NCBI GenBank assembly: GCA_023436745.1
Contig: JAEZHZ010000256.1
Span: 1-61,591 of the forward strand
Source of the DNA: Pseudomonadota bacterium
Lineage (GTDB): Bacteria; Pseudomonadota; Alphaproteobacteria; Rhizobiales; Devosiaceae
Length of the DNA stretch: 61,591 bases
Direction: 5' to 3'
Below the pieces are notes generated by a model, which was not told the DNA's origin, made no database searches, and was given only the letters and a program-made list of their open reading frames with translations. The first letter of the stretch is position 1; each line of letters opens with the position of its first letter. Of the stretch, positions 51,013 to 61,180 are shown piece by piece. A program made the position numbers and the translations under genes.

Positions 51013-51780
51013 ATGAAGCTTTCGACTGTTCTGGCCACTCTCGGCCTGATGACCCTGGCGACCCCGGTGCTGGCCCAGTCCGCACTCGATCAGGTCAGGG
51101 AGGCGGGCGTGCTGCGGATCGGCACCGAGGGCACCTACGCTCCCTTCACATACCACGACGAGACGGGCGCCCTCGTTGGCTTCGACGTCGAGGTCGGCCA
51201 GGCGATTGCCGACCATATCGGGGTGGAGGCGCAGTTCGTCGAGGGTCCGTGGGACGGGCTGATCGCCGGCATCGACGCCAACCGCTACGACGTGGTGATC
51301 AACCAGGTCGGCATCAATCCGGAGCGGCAGGCCAAGTACGACTTCTCCGAACCCTATATCGCCTCCAAGGCGGCGCTGATCGTGCGCGAGGACAATGCCG
51401 ACATCGCCAGCTTCGAGGATCTCGCCGGAAAGCGTTCCGCCCAGACCCTCACCAGCAATTTCGGCAAGCTCGCCGAGAGCTACGGCGCCGAACTCGTACC
51501 CACCGAAGGGTTCGATCAGTCCATCGCGCTGGTGCTGCAAGGCCGGGCGGACGCCACCATCAACGACAGCCTGTCCTTCTTCGACTTCAAGACCCAGCAA
51601 CCCGATGCCCAGGTGAAAGTCGCCGCGACGGCGCCGGACGCCGACTTCTCGGGCGTGCTGCTCGCCAAGGGCAAGCCGGAACTGCTCGCCGCCATCAACG
51701 AGGCGCTCGCGGCGATCAAGGCCGACGGCACCTATGCCGAGATCTCCGAGAAGTACTTCGGCGAAGACGTCTCCCAGTAG
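51013..51780 (+). CDS. Polar amino-acid (cystine-like) ABC substrate-binding protein
   Basis: Signal peptide; IGTEGTYAPFTYHD, GFDVEV, AQTLTSNF, ISEKYFGEDVS. Confidence 0.9.
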   Translation: MKLSTVLATLGLMTLATPVLAQSALDQVREAGVLRIGTEGTYAPFTYHDETGALVGFDVEVGQAIADHIGVEAQFVEGPWDGLIAGIDANRYDVVINQVGINPERQAKYDFSEPYIASKAALIVREDNADIASFEDLAGKRSAQTLTSNFGKLAESYGAELVPTEGFDQSIALVLQGRADATINDSLSFFDFKTQQPDAQVKVAATAPDADFSGVLLAKGKPELLAAINEALAAIKADGTYAEISEKYFGEDVSQ

Positions 51781-51803
51781 CCTCGTCACCAACCCGCGTT
51801 TAC

Positions 51804-51834
51804 AAGGGATCGGCCGGAACCCGGCCGATCCCTT
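51804..51834 (+). terminator. Perfect 14-bp hairpin after the substrate-binding protein gene
   Basis: AAGGGATCGGCCGG-AAC-CCGGCCGATCCCTT. Confidence 0.7.
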
Positions 51835-51848
51835 TCGTGTGAGGCTCC

Positions 51849-52529
51849 ATGCCGCACTGGCTGAACCTGATGATCGACTCGCTGCCCTCGCTGCTGTGGG
51901 CATGCGTGGTGTTCACCGTACCGCTGACGCTGCTCTCGTTCGTGCTCGGGCTGGCGGTGGGGTTCGTGGCGGCGGTGGTACGGCTGTTCGCGCCGGGCCC
52001 GCTTGCCGCCATCGTCCGGTTCTATGTATGGATCATCCGCGGCACGCCGCTCCTGGTGCAGCTCTTCCTGATCTTCTACGGCCTGCCCAGCGTCGGCATC
52101 GTGCTCGACGCCTTCCCGGCGGCGCTGATCGGGTTCACCCTCAATGTCGGCGCCTACACCTCCGAGATCATCCGCGCCGTGTTGCTGTCGGTGCCCAAGG
52201 GACAGTGGGAGGCGGCATATTCCGTCGGCATGACCTGGAGCCAGGCAATGCGGCGGATCATCCTGCCGCAGGCGACGCGCACCGCCGTGCCGCCGCTGTC
52301 CAACACCTTCATCTCGCTGGTGAAGGACACCTCGCTCGCCGCCGCGATCACGGTGCCGGAGCTGTTCCGCGCCGGCCAGCGGATCGTCGCCACCACCTAT
52401 GAGCCTTTGATCATCTATGTGGAGGTGGCGCTGATCTACCTCGTGGTCAGTTCGGTGCTGTCGACCCTGCAGGCACGCATCGAAAGGCGCTATGCCCGCT
52501 ATGGCGGCTATGTGGGGGCGGCGTCTTGA
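51849..52529 (+). CDS. Amino-acid ABC transporter permease
   Basis: IRGTPLLVQLF, AYTSEIIR, GQWEAA, SLVKDTSLA. Confidence 0.92.
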   Translation: MPHWLNLMIDSLPSLLWACVVFTVPLTLLSFVLGLAVGFVAAVVRLFAPGPLAAIVRFYVWIIRGTPLLVQLFLIFYGLPSVGIVLDAFPAALIGFTLNVGAYTSEIIRAVLLSVPKGQWEAAYSVGMTWSQAMRRIILPQATRTAVPPLSNTFISLVKDTSLAAAITVPELFRAGQRIVATTYEPLIIYVEVALIYLVVSSVLSTLQARIERRYARYGGYVGAAS

Positions 52530-53290
52530 TCACGCTCGAGCACATCAACAAGAGCTTCGGCGACAACCACGTGCTGAAGGATGTCAGCATCGCCGTGCCC
52601 GAGGGCGGCGTCACGGCCCTGATCGGGGCGTCCGGGAGCGGCAAGAGCACCCTGCTCCGCTGCGTCAACCTGCTCGAAATCCCGCAGTCAGGCGAGGTGC
52701 ATATCGACGACACCGTCGCCCGGCTCGTCCCCGGCCACAAGGTGAGCCGCGACATCATCCTCGCCCTTCGGCGCAAGACCGGCATGGTGTTCCAGAACTT
52801 CCAGCTCTTCCCGCACCTGACGGCGCTGGAGAACGTGATGGAAGGATTGGTGACCGTGCTCAAATGGCCGCGCGAGAAGGCGGAAACGCGCGCGCGGGAC
52901 CTGCTGCACAAGGTGGGCATGAGCATCAAGGCCGACGCCTGGCCATCGAGCCTGTCGGGTGGACAGCAGCAGCGGGTCGCCATCGCCCGGGCACTTGCCC
53001 CGTCCCCCAAGGTGCTGCTCTGCGACGAGCCGACCTCGGCGCTCGATCCGCAGCTGGCGGCCGAAGTGGTGGATGTCCTCGCCGAACTCGCGCGGGAGGG
53101 CACCACCATGCTGATGGCGACCCATGACCTGCGCCTCGCTGCCACCATAGCCAGCAACGTGGTGTTCCTCGATGGCGGCGAGGTGATCGAGGCGGGTCCT
53201 GCGGGGCAGGTCTTCGGAGCGCCGGTCGACGAGCGCACCCGCCGCTTCATCTCCATCCTCACCGCCAATGGGCCCGCGGGCGGGCAGTGA
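52526..53290 (+). CDS. Amino-acid ABC transporter ATP-binding protein
   Basis: TTG start; GASGSGKS, VFQNFQLFPH, LSGGQQQR, DEPTSALD. Confidence 0.92.
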   Translation: MITLEHINKSFGDNHVLKDVSIAVPEGGVTALIGASGSGKSTLLRCVNLLEIPQSGEVHIDDTVARLVPGHKVSRDIILALRRKTGMVFQNFQLFPHLTALENVMEGLVTVLKWPREKAETRARDLLHKVGMSIKADAWPSSLSGGQQQRVAIARALAPSPKVLLCDEPTSALDPQLAAEVVDVLAELAREGTTMLMATHDLRLAATIASNVVFLDGGEVIEAGPAGQVFGAPVDERTRRFISILTANGPAGGQ

Positions 53291-53698
53291 CTAGCTCAGG
53301 CGATCAAGCCGCCCCTTCTTCTTCACGATGTTCTTGTAGTCCCACTGCACCGACCGCGCCTCGGCCAGCCAGCGAACCAGCAGGTCGCGGTCAATGTCGG
53401 ATGCCGAGGTGTAGCGGGCCTCGGCCGCCTTGAACGTGCCTTCCGGCCTGAGACCGGGAGTCTCGAAGGACTGTCCGCTCCAGAACAGCAGGCGCACGCC
53501 CTTGAGCTTGCTATAGCCGACGATGGGGTTGCCCGCGAGGAACCACACCGGATGGGCATGCCAGATCTTGCTCTCGGCGTCGCTCAGGTGTTCGTCGATG
53601 ATGGTGGCGAGCGCCTCGCAGATTTCGCGGTCGCCCTGCTCCTGCGCCGCATTGTAGCCGTCGATCGTATCGATCCGGCTGCCGGTCCCTGTGTCCAT
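53291..53698 (-). CDS. DUF1801 (YdhG-like) protein
   Basis: GGAGGGGAG RBS; AESKIWHAHPVWFLAGNPIVGYSK, LLFWSGQSF, QWDYKNIVK. Confidence 0.85.
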   Translation of the reverse strand: MDTGTGSRIDTIDGYNAAQEQGDREICEALATIIDEHLSDAESKIWHAHPVWFLAGNPIVGYSKLKGVRLLFWSGQSFETPGLRPEGTFKAAEARYTSASDIDRDLLVRWLAEARSVQWDYKNIVKKKGRLDRLS

Positions 53699-53768
53699 AC
53701 TCCCCTCCACGCTTCAGGCATTCCCGTCGCGACGACCCGCCGGCGGCGACTTCGACAGCAGCGCCACC

Positions 53769-54329
53769 TTATTCCGGCGCCGGCGGCTGGGACAGGAACC
53801 ACGCCACCAGTTCTGCCGAGTTGGCGACGCCGGCCGAGCGCGCGAGGCGCAACCGGTGCGCTTCCACCGTCCGCGCAGAAAGGCCAACTTCCTGGGCAAT
53901 GGCCGCATTGGTCTTTCCCTGCGCCACCAGGGTCAGGATCTGACGCTGCCGGCCCGTCAGCTTCAGCGTGGTCTCGGTGACCGGCCGGCTCATCGGCTCG
54001 AAACAGTAGAGTGCCGCCGCAAACGGATCGACTGCATCGCGCGACCGGCCGTTCACCCGGCACCAGAAGCGATTGCCGCCCGCTCCCGCCATGATCCGCT
54101 CGTCATGGTAGACGGCGCCGCTCGGCAGGTGCTGGCGCCACATCTCGCCGGTGCGCACGAAATCTGCCACCGCCGGGTAGAGGCGGGAAAAGCTGGTATC
54201 GAGCAGTTCCGCGCGGCGGTAGCCGAACAGAGCCGCGAACTCCTCGTTGCAGTCGCGGATGATGCGATGGGTGGCAAAGACCATCGGCACGGGAATGTCG
54301 GCGAGGGCAAAGCTGAGGGGTGCGGACAT
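53769..54329 (-). CDS. PAS-domain LuxR-family transcriptional regulator
   Basis: CNEEFAALFGYRRAELL PAS; LTGRQRQIL...GKTNAAIAQEVGLSARTVEAHR HTH. Confidence 0.9.
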   Translation of the reverse strand: MSAPLSFALADIPVPMVFATHRIIRDCNEEFAALFGYRRAELLDTSFSRLYPAVADFVRTGEMWRQHLPSGAVYHDERIMAGAGGNRFWCRVNGRSRDAVDPFAAALYCFEPMSRPVTETTLKLTGRQRQILTLVAQGKTNAAIAQEVGLSARTVEAHRLRLARSAGVANSAELVAWFLSQPPAPE

Positions 54330-54365
54330 GTCGTAGAAATACGACTAACTGCCCGGTCGGGACAA
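54330..54365 (-). promoter_or_regulatory. Leaderless promoter and palindromic operator of the PAS-LuxR gene
   Basis: Minus strand TTGTCC-N18-TATTTC-N6-ATG; inverted repeat GTCGTA-GAAA-TACGAC (54330-54345). Confidence 0.55.
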
Positions 54366-54410
54366 GACTTAGCGTCTGCGCAAACGAACCCACCGAGTGG
54401 GGAGGAGCCC

Positions 54411-55124
54411 ATGCAGAAAGTCCATTCCACCGTGGCGGAAGCCCTTGCCGGCCTGCTCCGCGACGGCATGACCATCATGTCCGGCGGCTTCGGCCTGTGC
54501 GGCATTCCTGCCGCCCTGATCGAAGGTATCGAGCGCTCCGGCGCCCGCGACCTGACCGTGATCTCCAACAATGCGGGCGTCGACGGTATCGGCCTCGGCC
54601 GGCTGCTGGCCACCCGCCAGATCCGCAAGATGATCTCCTCCTATGTCGGGGAGAACAAGCTGTTCGCCGAGCAGTACCTGTCGGGCGACCTCGAGCTTGA
54701 GTTCAACCCGCAGGGCACGCTGGCCGAGCGCATCCGCGCCGGCGGCGCCGGCATCCCGGCCTTCTTCACCAAGACCGGCGTGGGCACCCTGATTGCCGAG
54801 GGCAAGGAAGTGCGCACCATCGACGGTGAAGACTATGTGCTCGAGACCGGCCTCGTCGCAGACCTTGCCGTCGTCCATGCGTATAAGGGCGATGCGGAGG
54901 GCAATCTGGTCTACCGGATGACCGCGCGGAACTTCAACCCGATGATGGCGACGGCCGGCCGTGTCACCGTGGCCGAGGTGGAGCACCTGGTCGACACCGG
55001 CAGCATCGATCCCGACCACATCCACACCCCCGGCATCTTCGTCGACCGCATCGTGCATGTGCCGGCACCGGTGAAGCACATCGAGCAGCGCACGCTGCGC
55101 CCGCGCCAGGAGGAGATTGCCTGA
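54411..55124 (+). CDS. scoA: 3-oxoacid CoA-transferase subunit A
   Basis: [61 protein letters not shown]. Confidence 0.9.
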   Translation: MQKVHSTVAEALAGLLRDGMTIMSGGFGLCGIPAALIEGIERSGARDLTVISNNAGVDGIGLGRLLATRQIRKMISSYVGENKLFAEQYLSGDLELEFNPQGTLAERIRAGGAGIPAFFTKTGVGTLIAEGKEVRTIDGEDYVLETGLVADLAVVHAYKGDAEGNLVYRMTARNFNPMMATAGRVTVAEVEHLVDTGSIDPDHIHTPGIFVDRIVHVPAPVKHIEQRTLRPRQEEIA

Positions 55125-55780
55125 TGGCCTGGACCCGCGAACAGATGGCCGCCCGCGCCGCGCGCGAACTGCGCGACGGCTTCTACGTCAACCTTGGCAT
55201 CGGCATCCCGACGCTCGTCGCCAACTTCATTCCCCAGGGCATGGACGTGCGGCTGCAGAGCGAGAACGGCATGCTCGGCATGGGCCCGTTCCCCTACGAG
55301 GGCGAAGAAGATGCCGACCTGATCAATGCCGGAAAGCAGACCATCACCGCCCTGCCCGAGACGAGCTTCTTCTCGAGCGCCGACAGCTTCGGCATGATCC
55401 GCGGCGGGCACATCGACCTGTCGATCCTCGGCGCCATGCAGGTTGCCGAAAACGGTGACCTCGCCAACTGGATGATCCCCGGCAAGATGGTGAAGGGCAT
55501 GGGCGGCGCCATGGACCTCGTCGCCGGCGTCAAGCGCGTGGTGGTGGTGATGGAGCACGAAGCCAAGGGCCAGCCCAAGCTCCTGCGCGAATGCACCCTG
55601 CCGCTGACCGGCAAGCGCGTTGCAGACCTCGTCATCACCGATCTCGGCGTGTTCACGCTAGCCCGGCGCGGCGAGATCGATATGCGTCTCATCGAAGTTG
55701 CCGACGGCGTCAGCCTCGACGAGATCACCGCCAAGACAGAAGCCCGCTTCACCGTTGCTCTCGAGGAACAGGCCGCATGA
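55124..55780 (+). CDS. scoB: 3-oxoacid CoA-transferase subunit B
   Basis: VNLGIGIPT, catalytic [22 protein letters not shown]. Confidence 0.9.
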   Translation: MAWTREQMAARAARELRDGFYVNLGIGIPTLVANFIPQGMDVRLQSENGMLGMGPFPYEGEEDADLINAGKQTITALPETSFFSSADSFGMIRGGHIDLSILGAMQVAENGDLANWMIPGKMVKGMGGAMDLVAGVKRVVVVMEHEAKGQPKLLRECTLPLTGKRVADLVITDLGVFTLARRGEIDMRLIEVADGVSLDEITAKTEARFTVALEEQAA

Positions 55781-56949
55781 GCGACATCGTCATCGTCGGC
55801 GCTGCCCGCACCCCGATCGGCAGCTTCCTTGGACCGCTGAGCTCCGTGCCTGCCCATGAACTGGGCGCCACCGCCATCAGAGCGGCGCTTGAGCGTGCCG
55901 GAGTTGCGGCCGATCAGGTGGACGAGGTCATCCTCGGCCAGGTGCTGGGTGCCGGTGCCGGCATGAACCCGGCGCGACAGGCGGCCATCGCGGCAGGCAT
56001 TCCCAAATCCGCCACCGCCTTCGGCGTCAACCAGGTCTGCGGGTCCGGACTGCGCGCCATCGCCCTCGGCATGCAGCAGATCGCCTCCGGCGACGCGACG
56101 ACCATCGTTGCCGGTGGGCAGGAATCGATGTCGTTGTCGCCCCACTGCCAGATGCTGCGCCAGGGGACCCGCATGGGACCCGTCAGCCTCGTGGACACCA
56201 TGGTGGTCGATGGCCTCACCGACGCCTTCGGCGGCTATCACATGGGCATCACGGCCGAGAACGTGGCGCGCGAGTTCGGCGTCTCGCGCGAGCAGCAGGA
56301 CGCGTTTGCGGCCGAGAGCCAGCGCAAGGCGGCAGTGGCGCAGGCCGCCGGGAACTTCCGCGCGGAGATCGCGCCGGTGACCATCGAGACCCGCAAGGGA
56401 ACCCAGACCGTCGACGTGGACGACCACCTGCGGCCGGACACGAGCGCCGAAGGCCTCGCCCGGCTCCGCCCCGCCTTCGACAAGGAAGGCACCGTTACCG
56501 CCGGCAACGCCTCGGGCCTCAACGACGGCGCCGCCGCCGTCGTGTTGATGAGCGAGGCCGAGGCGACGCGTCGTGGCCTGACCCCGCTGGCCCGCATTGC
56601 CGGCTGGGCTACCGCGGGTGTCGACCCCTCGGTGATGGGCACCGGGCCCATTCCCGCTTCGCAGAAGGCACTCGCACGGGCCGGATGGTCGGTCGGCGAT
56701 CTCGACCGCATTGAGGCCAACGAGGCCTTTGCGGCACAGGCCTGTGCCGTCAATGCCGGGATGGGATGGGACCCAGCGAAGGTCAACGTCAATGGCGGCG
56801 CCATAGCCCTTGGCCACCCCATCGGCGCCTCCGGTGCCCGAGTGCTGGTGACGCTGATCCACGAGCTTCGTCGCTCCGCCCTTCGTCGCGGCCTCGCCAC
56901 CCTCTGCATCGGCGGCGGCATGGGCATAGCCATGTGCATCGAAGCCTGA
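55777..56949 (+). CDS. Acetyl-CoA C-acetyltransferase (thiolase)
   Basis: [37 protein letters not shown]. Confidence 0.94.
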   Translation: MSDIVIVGAARTPIGSFLGPLSSVPAHELGATAIRAALERAGVAADQVDEVILGQVLGAGAGMNPARQAAIAAGIPKSATAFGVNQVCGSGLRAIALGMQQIASGDATTIVAGGQESMSLSPHCQMLRQGTRMGPVSLVDTMVVDGLTDAFGGYHMGITAENVAREFGVSREQQDAFAAESQRKAAVAQAAGNFRAEIAPVTIETRKGTQTVDVDDHLRPDTSAEGLARLRPAFDKEGTVTAGNASGLNDGAAAVVLMSEAEATRRGLTPLARIAGWATAGVDPSVMGTGPIPASQKALARAGWSVGDLDRIEANEAFAAQACAVNAGMGWDPAKVNVNGGAIALGHPIGASGARVLVTLIHELRRSALRRGLATLCIGGGMGIAMCIEA

Positions 56950-56971
56950 GCCCTTGGGCAGCGACGGCCGG

Positions 56972-58132
56972 CTACCAGTTGGTGACCGAGCCGTCGCGGC
57001 GCCGCAGGTGCGGCGCTTCCCAGAACTCGAAGCTCTGCCGCGCGAGCAGGTCCTCGTCGACCTCGACCCCGAGGCCCGGCGCGTCGCTGACCGGATAGAC
57101 GGCCCCCTTTAGCTCCGGCTGGACCGGGAAGAAGTCGCGGTTGTCGAACCCGAGCGCCCGTTCGGGAACGCGCGTTTCGAGCCAGGCGAAATTCGGCACC
57201 GCCGCGGCGAAATGGATCGTCGCGGCCGTGCACACCGGCCCCAGCGGATTATGCGGCATGAGGTCGACATAGTGCGCCTCGCTCCAGCCGGCGACCTTCA
57301 TCGCCTCGGTCAGGCCACCGACATTGCAGACATCGATGCGGTTGAACTGATGGATGCCGCGCTCGATGAAGGGCACGAACTGCCACTTGCTGGCGAACTC
57401 CTCGCCGATGGCGAACGGAATATCGGTCATGGTGCGCAGGGACTCGTAGGCTTCCGGCGTCTCGTCGCGGATCGGCTCCTCGAGAAAATCGAGCACCCCC
57501 CTGTCGAGCCTGCTGCAGAAGCTTGCCGCTTCGGCGACCGACAGCCGGTGGTGATAATCTATGCCGAGCACCACTTCGTCGCCGAGTTCCTCGCGCGCCC
57601 TGTTCAGCAGGCGCGCCGTGGCGGCAATGGACTGGCGCGGCTCGAAGACATCGCGGCTGTCCTGCCCGATGGGAAAGAAGCGGATGGCGTCGAACCCCAT
57701 CTCCATGAGTTGGCGGGCACGCTCCACCGCCCCTTCCCCGGCAGCATCTCCCGTGGAGGCGAAGGTGGGAATGACATGGCGCTGCCGGCCCCCGAGCAGT
57801 TCGTAAACGGGCACGCCGAGCGCCTTGCCCTTGATGTCGTGAAGGGCGATGTCGATGGCCGAGATGGCTGCCTGCAGCACGCGGCCGCCTTCGAAGTACT
57901 GGCTGCGGTACATCTCCTGCCAGATGCGACCGATCTGCATGGCATCCTGCCCCAGCAGGAACTCGCGATAGTGCTCGATGGCACCGGTGACCGCGCGTTC
58001 CCGGCCGGTCAGCCCGCTCTCGCCCCAGCCGAAGACACCCTGGTCGGTCTCCACCTTGACGAGCAGCTGGTTACGTATGCCTACCCGCGCCGGATAGGGC
58101 TTGATGGCAGTGATCTTGAGACTGGGGGGCAT
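56972..58132 (-). CDS. Mandelate racemase/muconate lactonizing family acid-sugar dehydratase (galactonate dehydratase-like)
   Basis: AISAIDIALHDIKGKALGVPVYELLGG, IDYHH, FLEEP, AIGEE, MPHNPLGP. Confidence 0.88.
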   Translation of the reverse strand: MPPSLKITAIKPYPARVGIRNQLLVKVETDQGVFGWGESGLTGRERAVTGAIEHYREFLLGQDAMQIGRIWQEMYRSQYFEGGRVLQAAISAIDIALHDIKGKALGVPVYELLGGRQRHVIPTFASTGDAAGEGAVERARQLMEMGFDAIRFFPIGQDSRDVFEPRQSIAATARLLNRAREELGDEVVLGIDYHHRLSVAEAASFCSRLDRGVLDFLEEPIRDETPEAYESLRTMTDIPFAIGEEFASKWQFVPFIERGIHQFNRIDVCNVGGLTEAMKVAGWSEAHYVDLMPHNPLGPVCTAATIHFAAAVPNFAWLETRVPERALGFDNRDFFPVQPELKGAVYPVSDAPGLGVEVDEDLLARQSFEFWEAPHLRRRDGSVTNW

Positions 58133-58155
58133 AGGGCTCTCGGTAGCGCATCCGC

Positions 58156-59253
58156 CTAGGCGGCCTGCAGGGCCATTTCGGTCTGGGCATCGAAGAGGTG
58201 GATGCGCTCCTGGTCGAATTCGAGCCACACCATCTCGTCCGGGGCCACCGTCTCGGAGGGCGGCAGGCTGATATTGACGATGGCGCCGGCAAGGAACGCC
58301 TGCACGAAGGTGATGTCGCCGGTCGGCTCGACCGTGTAGACCCGCGCCGGCACGGCGTCGGCGACCGGTGTCTTGTGAAGCCGGATGGTGGAATGGCGTG
58401 CGCCCAGCACCACCTTGCCGGACTGCGCGCCCGCAACCTTGCCCGCATTGCGGTCCGACAGCAGCAGGGTCCAGCCTTCGCTGCTGGTCAGGACCGCGCG
58501 GCCGTCGCGGCTGCCGACATCGAGCGGCACGAGGCTCATCGCCGGGCTGCCGACGAAGCTGGCGACGAACATGTTCACCGGATCGGCGAAGACCCTGGAC
58601 GGGGCGTCGTATTGCTGGAGCAGCCCCCCGTTCATCACCGCCATCTTGTCGGCCATGGTCACCGCTTCGAGCTGGTCGTGGGTGACGTAGATGATGGTGG
58701 CGCCGAGATCCTGGTGGAAGCGCTTGATTTCCGAGCGCATCTGCACGCGCAGCTTGGCATCGAGGTTGGACAGGGGTTCGTCCATCAGGAACACCGCCGG
58801 ATCGCGCACCAGGGCGCGGCCGAGCGCCACGCGCTGCTGCTGCCCGCCCGAGAGTTCGCGCGGCTTGCGCTCGAGCAGATGGGTGATATCGAGCACCTTG
58901 GCCGCCTCGGCCACCTTGCGCTCGATCTCGGCTCTCGGGAGCTTTCGCATCTGCAGCGGAAAGGCGAGATTCTGGAACACCGTCTTCTGCGGATAGAGCG
59001 CGTAGTTCTGGAACACCATGGCGATGTCCCGATCCTTTGGATCGAGATCGTTCACGACCCGGTCGCCGATGATGATGTCACCGGAAGTGATCGGGATCAG
59101 CCCGGCTACGAGGTTCAGCGTCGTAGTCTTGCCGCAGCCCGAAGGCCCCACCAGCGCGACGAACTCGCCATCATCCACAGTCAGCGATACGTCCCGCGCC
59201 GCGTAGACGGAGCCGTAGGTTTTGACCAGATCTTTCAGGACCACCTGAGCCAT
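58156..59253 (-). CDS. CUT1 sugar ABC transporter ATP-binding protein
   Basis: [37 protein letters not shown]. Confidence 0.92.
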   Translation of the reverse strand: MAQVVLKDLVKTYGSVYAARDVSLTVDDGEFVALVGPSGCGKTTTLNLVAGLIPITSGDIIIGDRVVNDLDPKDRDIAMVFQNYALYPQKTVFQNLAFPLQMRKLPRAEIERKVAEAAKVLDITHLLERKPRELSGGQQQRVALGRALVRDPAVFLMDEPLSNLDAKLRVQMRSEIKRFHQDLGATIIYVTHDQLEAVTMADKMAVMNGGLLQQYDAPSRVFADPVNMFVASFVGSPAMSLVPLDVGSRDGRAVLTSSEGWTLLLSDRNAGKVAGAQSGKVVLGARHSTIRLHKTPVADAVPARVYTVEPTGDITFVQAFLAGAIVNISLPPSETVAPDEMVWLEFDQERIHLFDAQTEMALQAA

Positions 59254-59263
59254 GGAGAACCTT

Positions 59264-60145
59264 CTAGTGTTTGACCGCGCCTTCGGTCAGCGCGCGCACG
59301 AAATACTTCTGCAGGACCAGGAACAGCACCACGACCGGCACGCTCATCATGAAGCTCGCCGCCATGAGGCCCGGGAAATCCGTGGTGTTCTCCGAGAAGA
59401 ACCGCTGGATGCCGACGGGCAACGTCAGTTGATCGTTCTTGGTGATGAAGGTGGCGGCATAGATGTACTCGTTCCATGCCCCGATGAAGGAGTAGATGGC
59501 CGTGGCGATGATGCCGGGCACCGACAGTGGCGTCACGATCAGGAGGAACGCCTGGAAGCGGGTGGCGCCGTCGATGCGGGCAGCCTGCTCGAGCTGGATC
59601 GGGATGTTGTCGTAAAAGCCTTTCAGCAGCCAGATCGCAAGCGGCAGCCCGAAGGTCAGGTAGGTGAGGATCAGTGAGCCGTGGGTGTTCACCAGCCCCA
59701 GCACCCGCATCAGGATGAACAGCGGCACGAGGAAGATCACGGCCGGGAACATGTTCCGGAGCAGCACGGAGAAGAACAGGAATTTCCGGCCGGGAAAGCG
59801 GAAGCGCGAGAAGGCATAGGCCGCCGGCACCGCCACCACCACTGCGAGTATGGTGGTGCAGAACGACACGAACAGGCTGTTCCAGAAGAAGCGAAGGAAA
59901 TCCTGCCCGACGCTGTTCTGCGGATCGAGCAGCTTCTGGTAACTCGCGAGCGTCGGCTGTGTCGGCCACCACTGCGGGGGAAACTGCATGGCGGCGAAGC
60001 CCGACTTGATCGAGGTCAGCAGCATCCACACCATCGGCACGGCCGTATAGAGCAGCATCAGCACGAGGAAGATGCGGCCCGCCCAGCGCCAGCCGTCGAT
60101 GCGCCTGCGGCTGCGCGGCACCGTGGTCTCTGTCGTCGCGGTCAT
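59264..60145 (-). CDS. Carbohydrate ABC transporter permease
   Basis: LEQAARIDGA loop, AWNEY, LTLPVGI, LTEGAVK. Confidence 0.92.
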   Translation of the reverse strand: MTATTETTVPRSRRRIDGWRWAGRIFLVLMLLYTAVPMVWMLLTSIKSGFAAMQFPPQWWPTQPTLASYQKLLDPQNSVGQDFLRFFWNSLFVSFCTTILAVVVAVPAAYAFSRFRFPGRKFLFFSVLLRNMFPAVIFLVPLFILMRVLGLVNTHGSLILTYLTFGLPLAIWLLKGFYDNIPIQLEQAARIDGATRFQAFLLIVTPLSVPGIIATAIYSFIGAWNEYIYAATFITKNDQLTLPVGIQRFFSENTTDFPGLMAASFMMSVPVVVLFLVLQKYFVRALTEGAVKH

Positions 60146-61104
60146 GCGCCCTGCTCCCTGCTCTCATTGCCGCTGAGCGCGCGCACATAGAAATAGCCCA
60201 GCACCATCAGGATGACGAACAGCAGCACCGAATAGGCCGCGGCCACTCCCCAGCGCTGCCGTCCGAAGGCCAGCTCGTAGATGTGGGTGATCCAGATGTG
60301 CGAGGCGTTCGAGGGGCCGCCGCCGGTCATGATCCAGGGGATGATGAACGAGTTGAAGTTGGCGACCGCCAGCAGCAGGATCGTTACCGTCGATACGCCC
60401 CGCAGGTGCGGGAAGGTGACGTGCCAGAAGCGCTGCCAGGCCGACGCGCCGTCCACCTTGGCGGCGCGCAGGAGTTGTTCGGGCACGGTCTGCAGCCCGG
60501 CCATCACCATGATCATGGCGAAGGGGAACTCGCGCCAGATGTTGACGACGATCAGCGAGGGCAGGACGGTGTGGACGTTGTCTATGAAGTTCGGCTGGCG
60601 GTCGGTCAGTCCGAGCTGGACCAGCACGGCGCCGATGACGCCGAAATCGGAGTGGTACATCCACTTCCAGATATAGGAGGCGGCAACCGCGCTGATGACC
60701 CACGGGATGATCAGGATGGCGCGCAGGACGGCGCGGCCGGCGAAGTCCCGATGGAGGGCCAGGGCGGCGCCGTAGCCCAGAACAAAGGCGATCAGGGTCG
60801 AGGCGAAGGTCCAGATCGCGGTGTTGAGCGTCACCCGCCAGAACACGTCGCTCGTCAGAATGGCGGTGTAATTGTCGGTGCCGACGAAGATCTTGTCGCG
60901 CAGCTGTAGGCCCGGCGGCGTTTTGAAGAACGACAGTTCGATCGTGTAGTAGATCGGATAGGCAATGACGACGAGCATCACCACGATGGCCGGCAGGACG
61001 TAGAGGTAATCCGCGCGGCTGGTCCACATCTGCTGCAGCGTGCCGGGCTCGCGGGTGCGGGTGGTCTTGCGCGGAGCGACGGCAGGTCCTGTCAGGGCGG
61101 TCAT
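60142..61104 (-). CDS. Carbohydrate ABC transporter permease
   Basis: IWREFPF, AGLQTVPEQLLRAAKVDGA, IMTGGGP. Confidence 0.92.
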   Translation of the reverse strand: MTALTGPAVAPRKTTRTREPGTLQQMWTSRADYLYVLPAIVVMLVVIAYPIYYTIELSFFKTPPGLQLRDKIFVGTDNYTAILTSDVFWRVTLNTAIWTFASTLIAFVLGYGAALALHRDFAGRAVLRAILIIPWVISAVAASYIWKWMYHSDFGVIGAVLVQLGLTDRQPNFIDNVHTVLPSLIVVNIWREFPFAMIMVMAGLQTVPEQLLRAAKVDGASAWQRFWHVTFPHLRGVSTVTILLLAVANFNSFIIPWIMTGGGPSNASHIWITHIYELAFGRQRWGVAAAYSVLLFVILMVLGYFYVRALSGNESREQGA

Positions 61105-61180
61105 CGTGACGCTCCTTCTCCTGGCGGGAAGAGGAGACGGGGGGCGGCTGGCAGCGCCGGTCGTGCTTCGCGGAACAGGC

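Noticed and set aside
50885..51016. 43-codon upstream ORF overlapping the amino-acid SBP start (ATGA), plus a hairpin at 50929-50957; considered as a leader peptide or riboswitch
   Set aside because: No RBS, atypical codon use, no regulatory codon run, and no SAM-II or other riboswitch consensus recognisable by eye; an Rfam/Infernal scan would be needed
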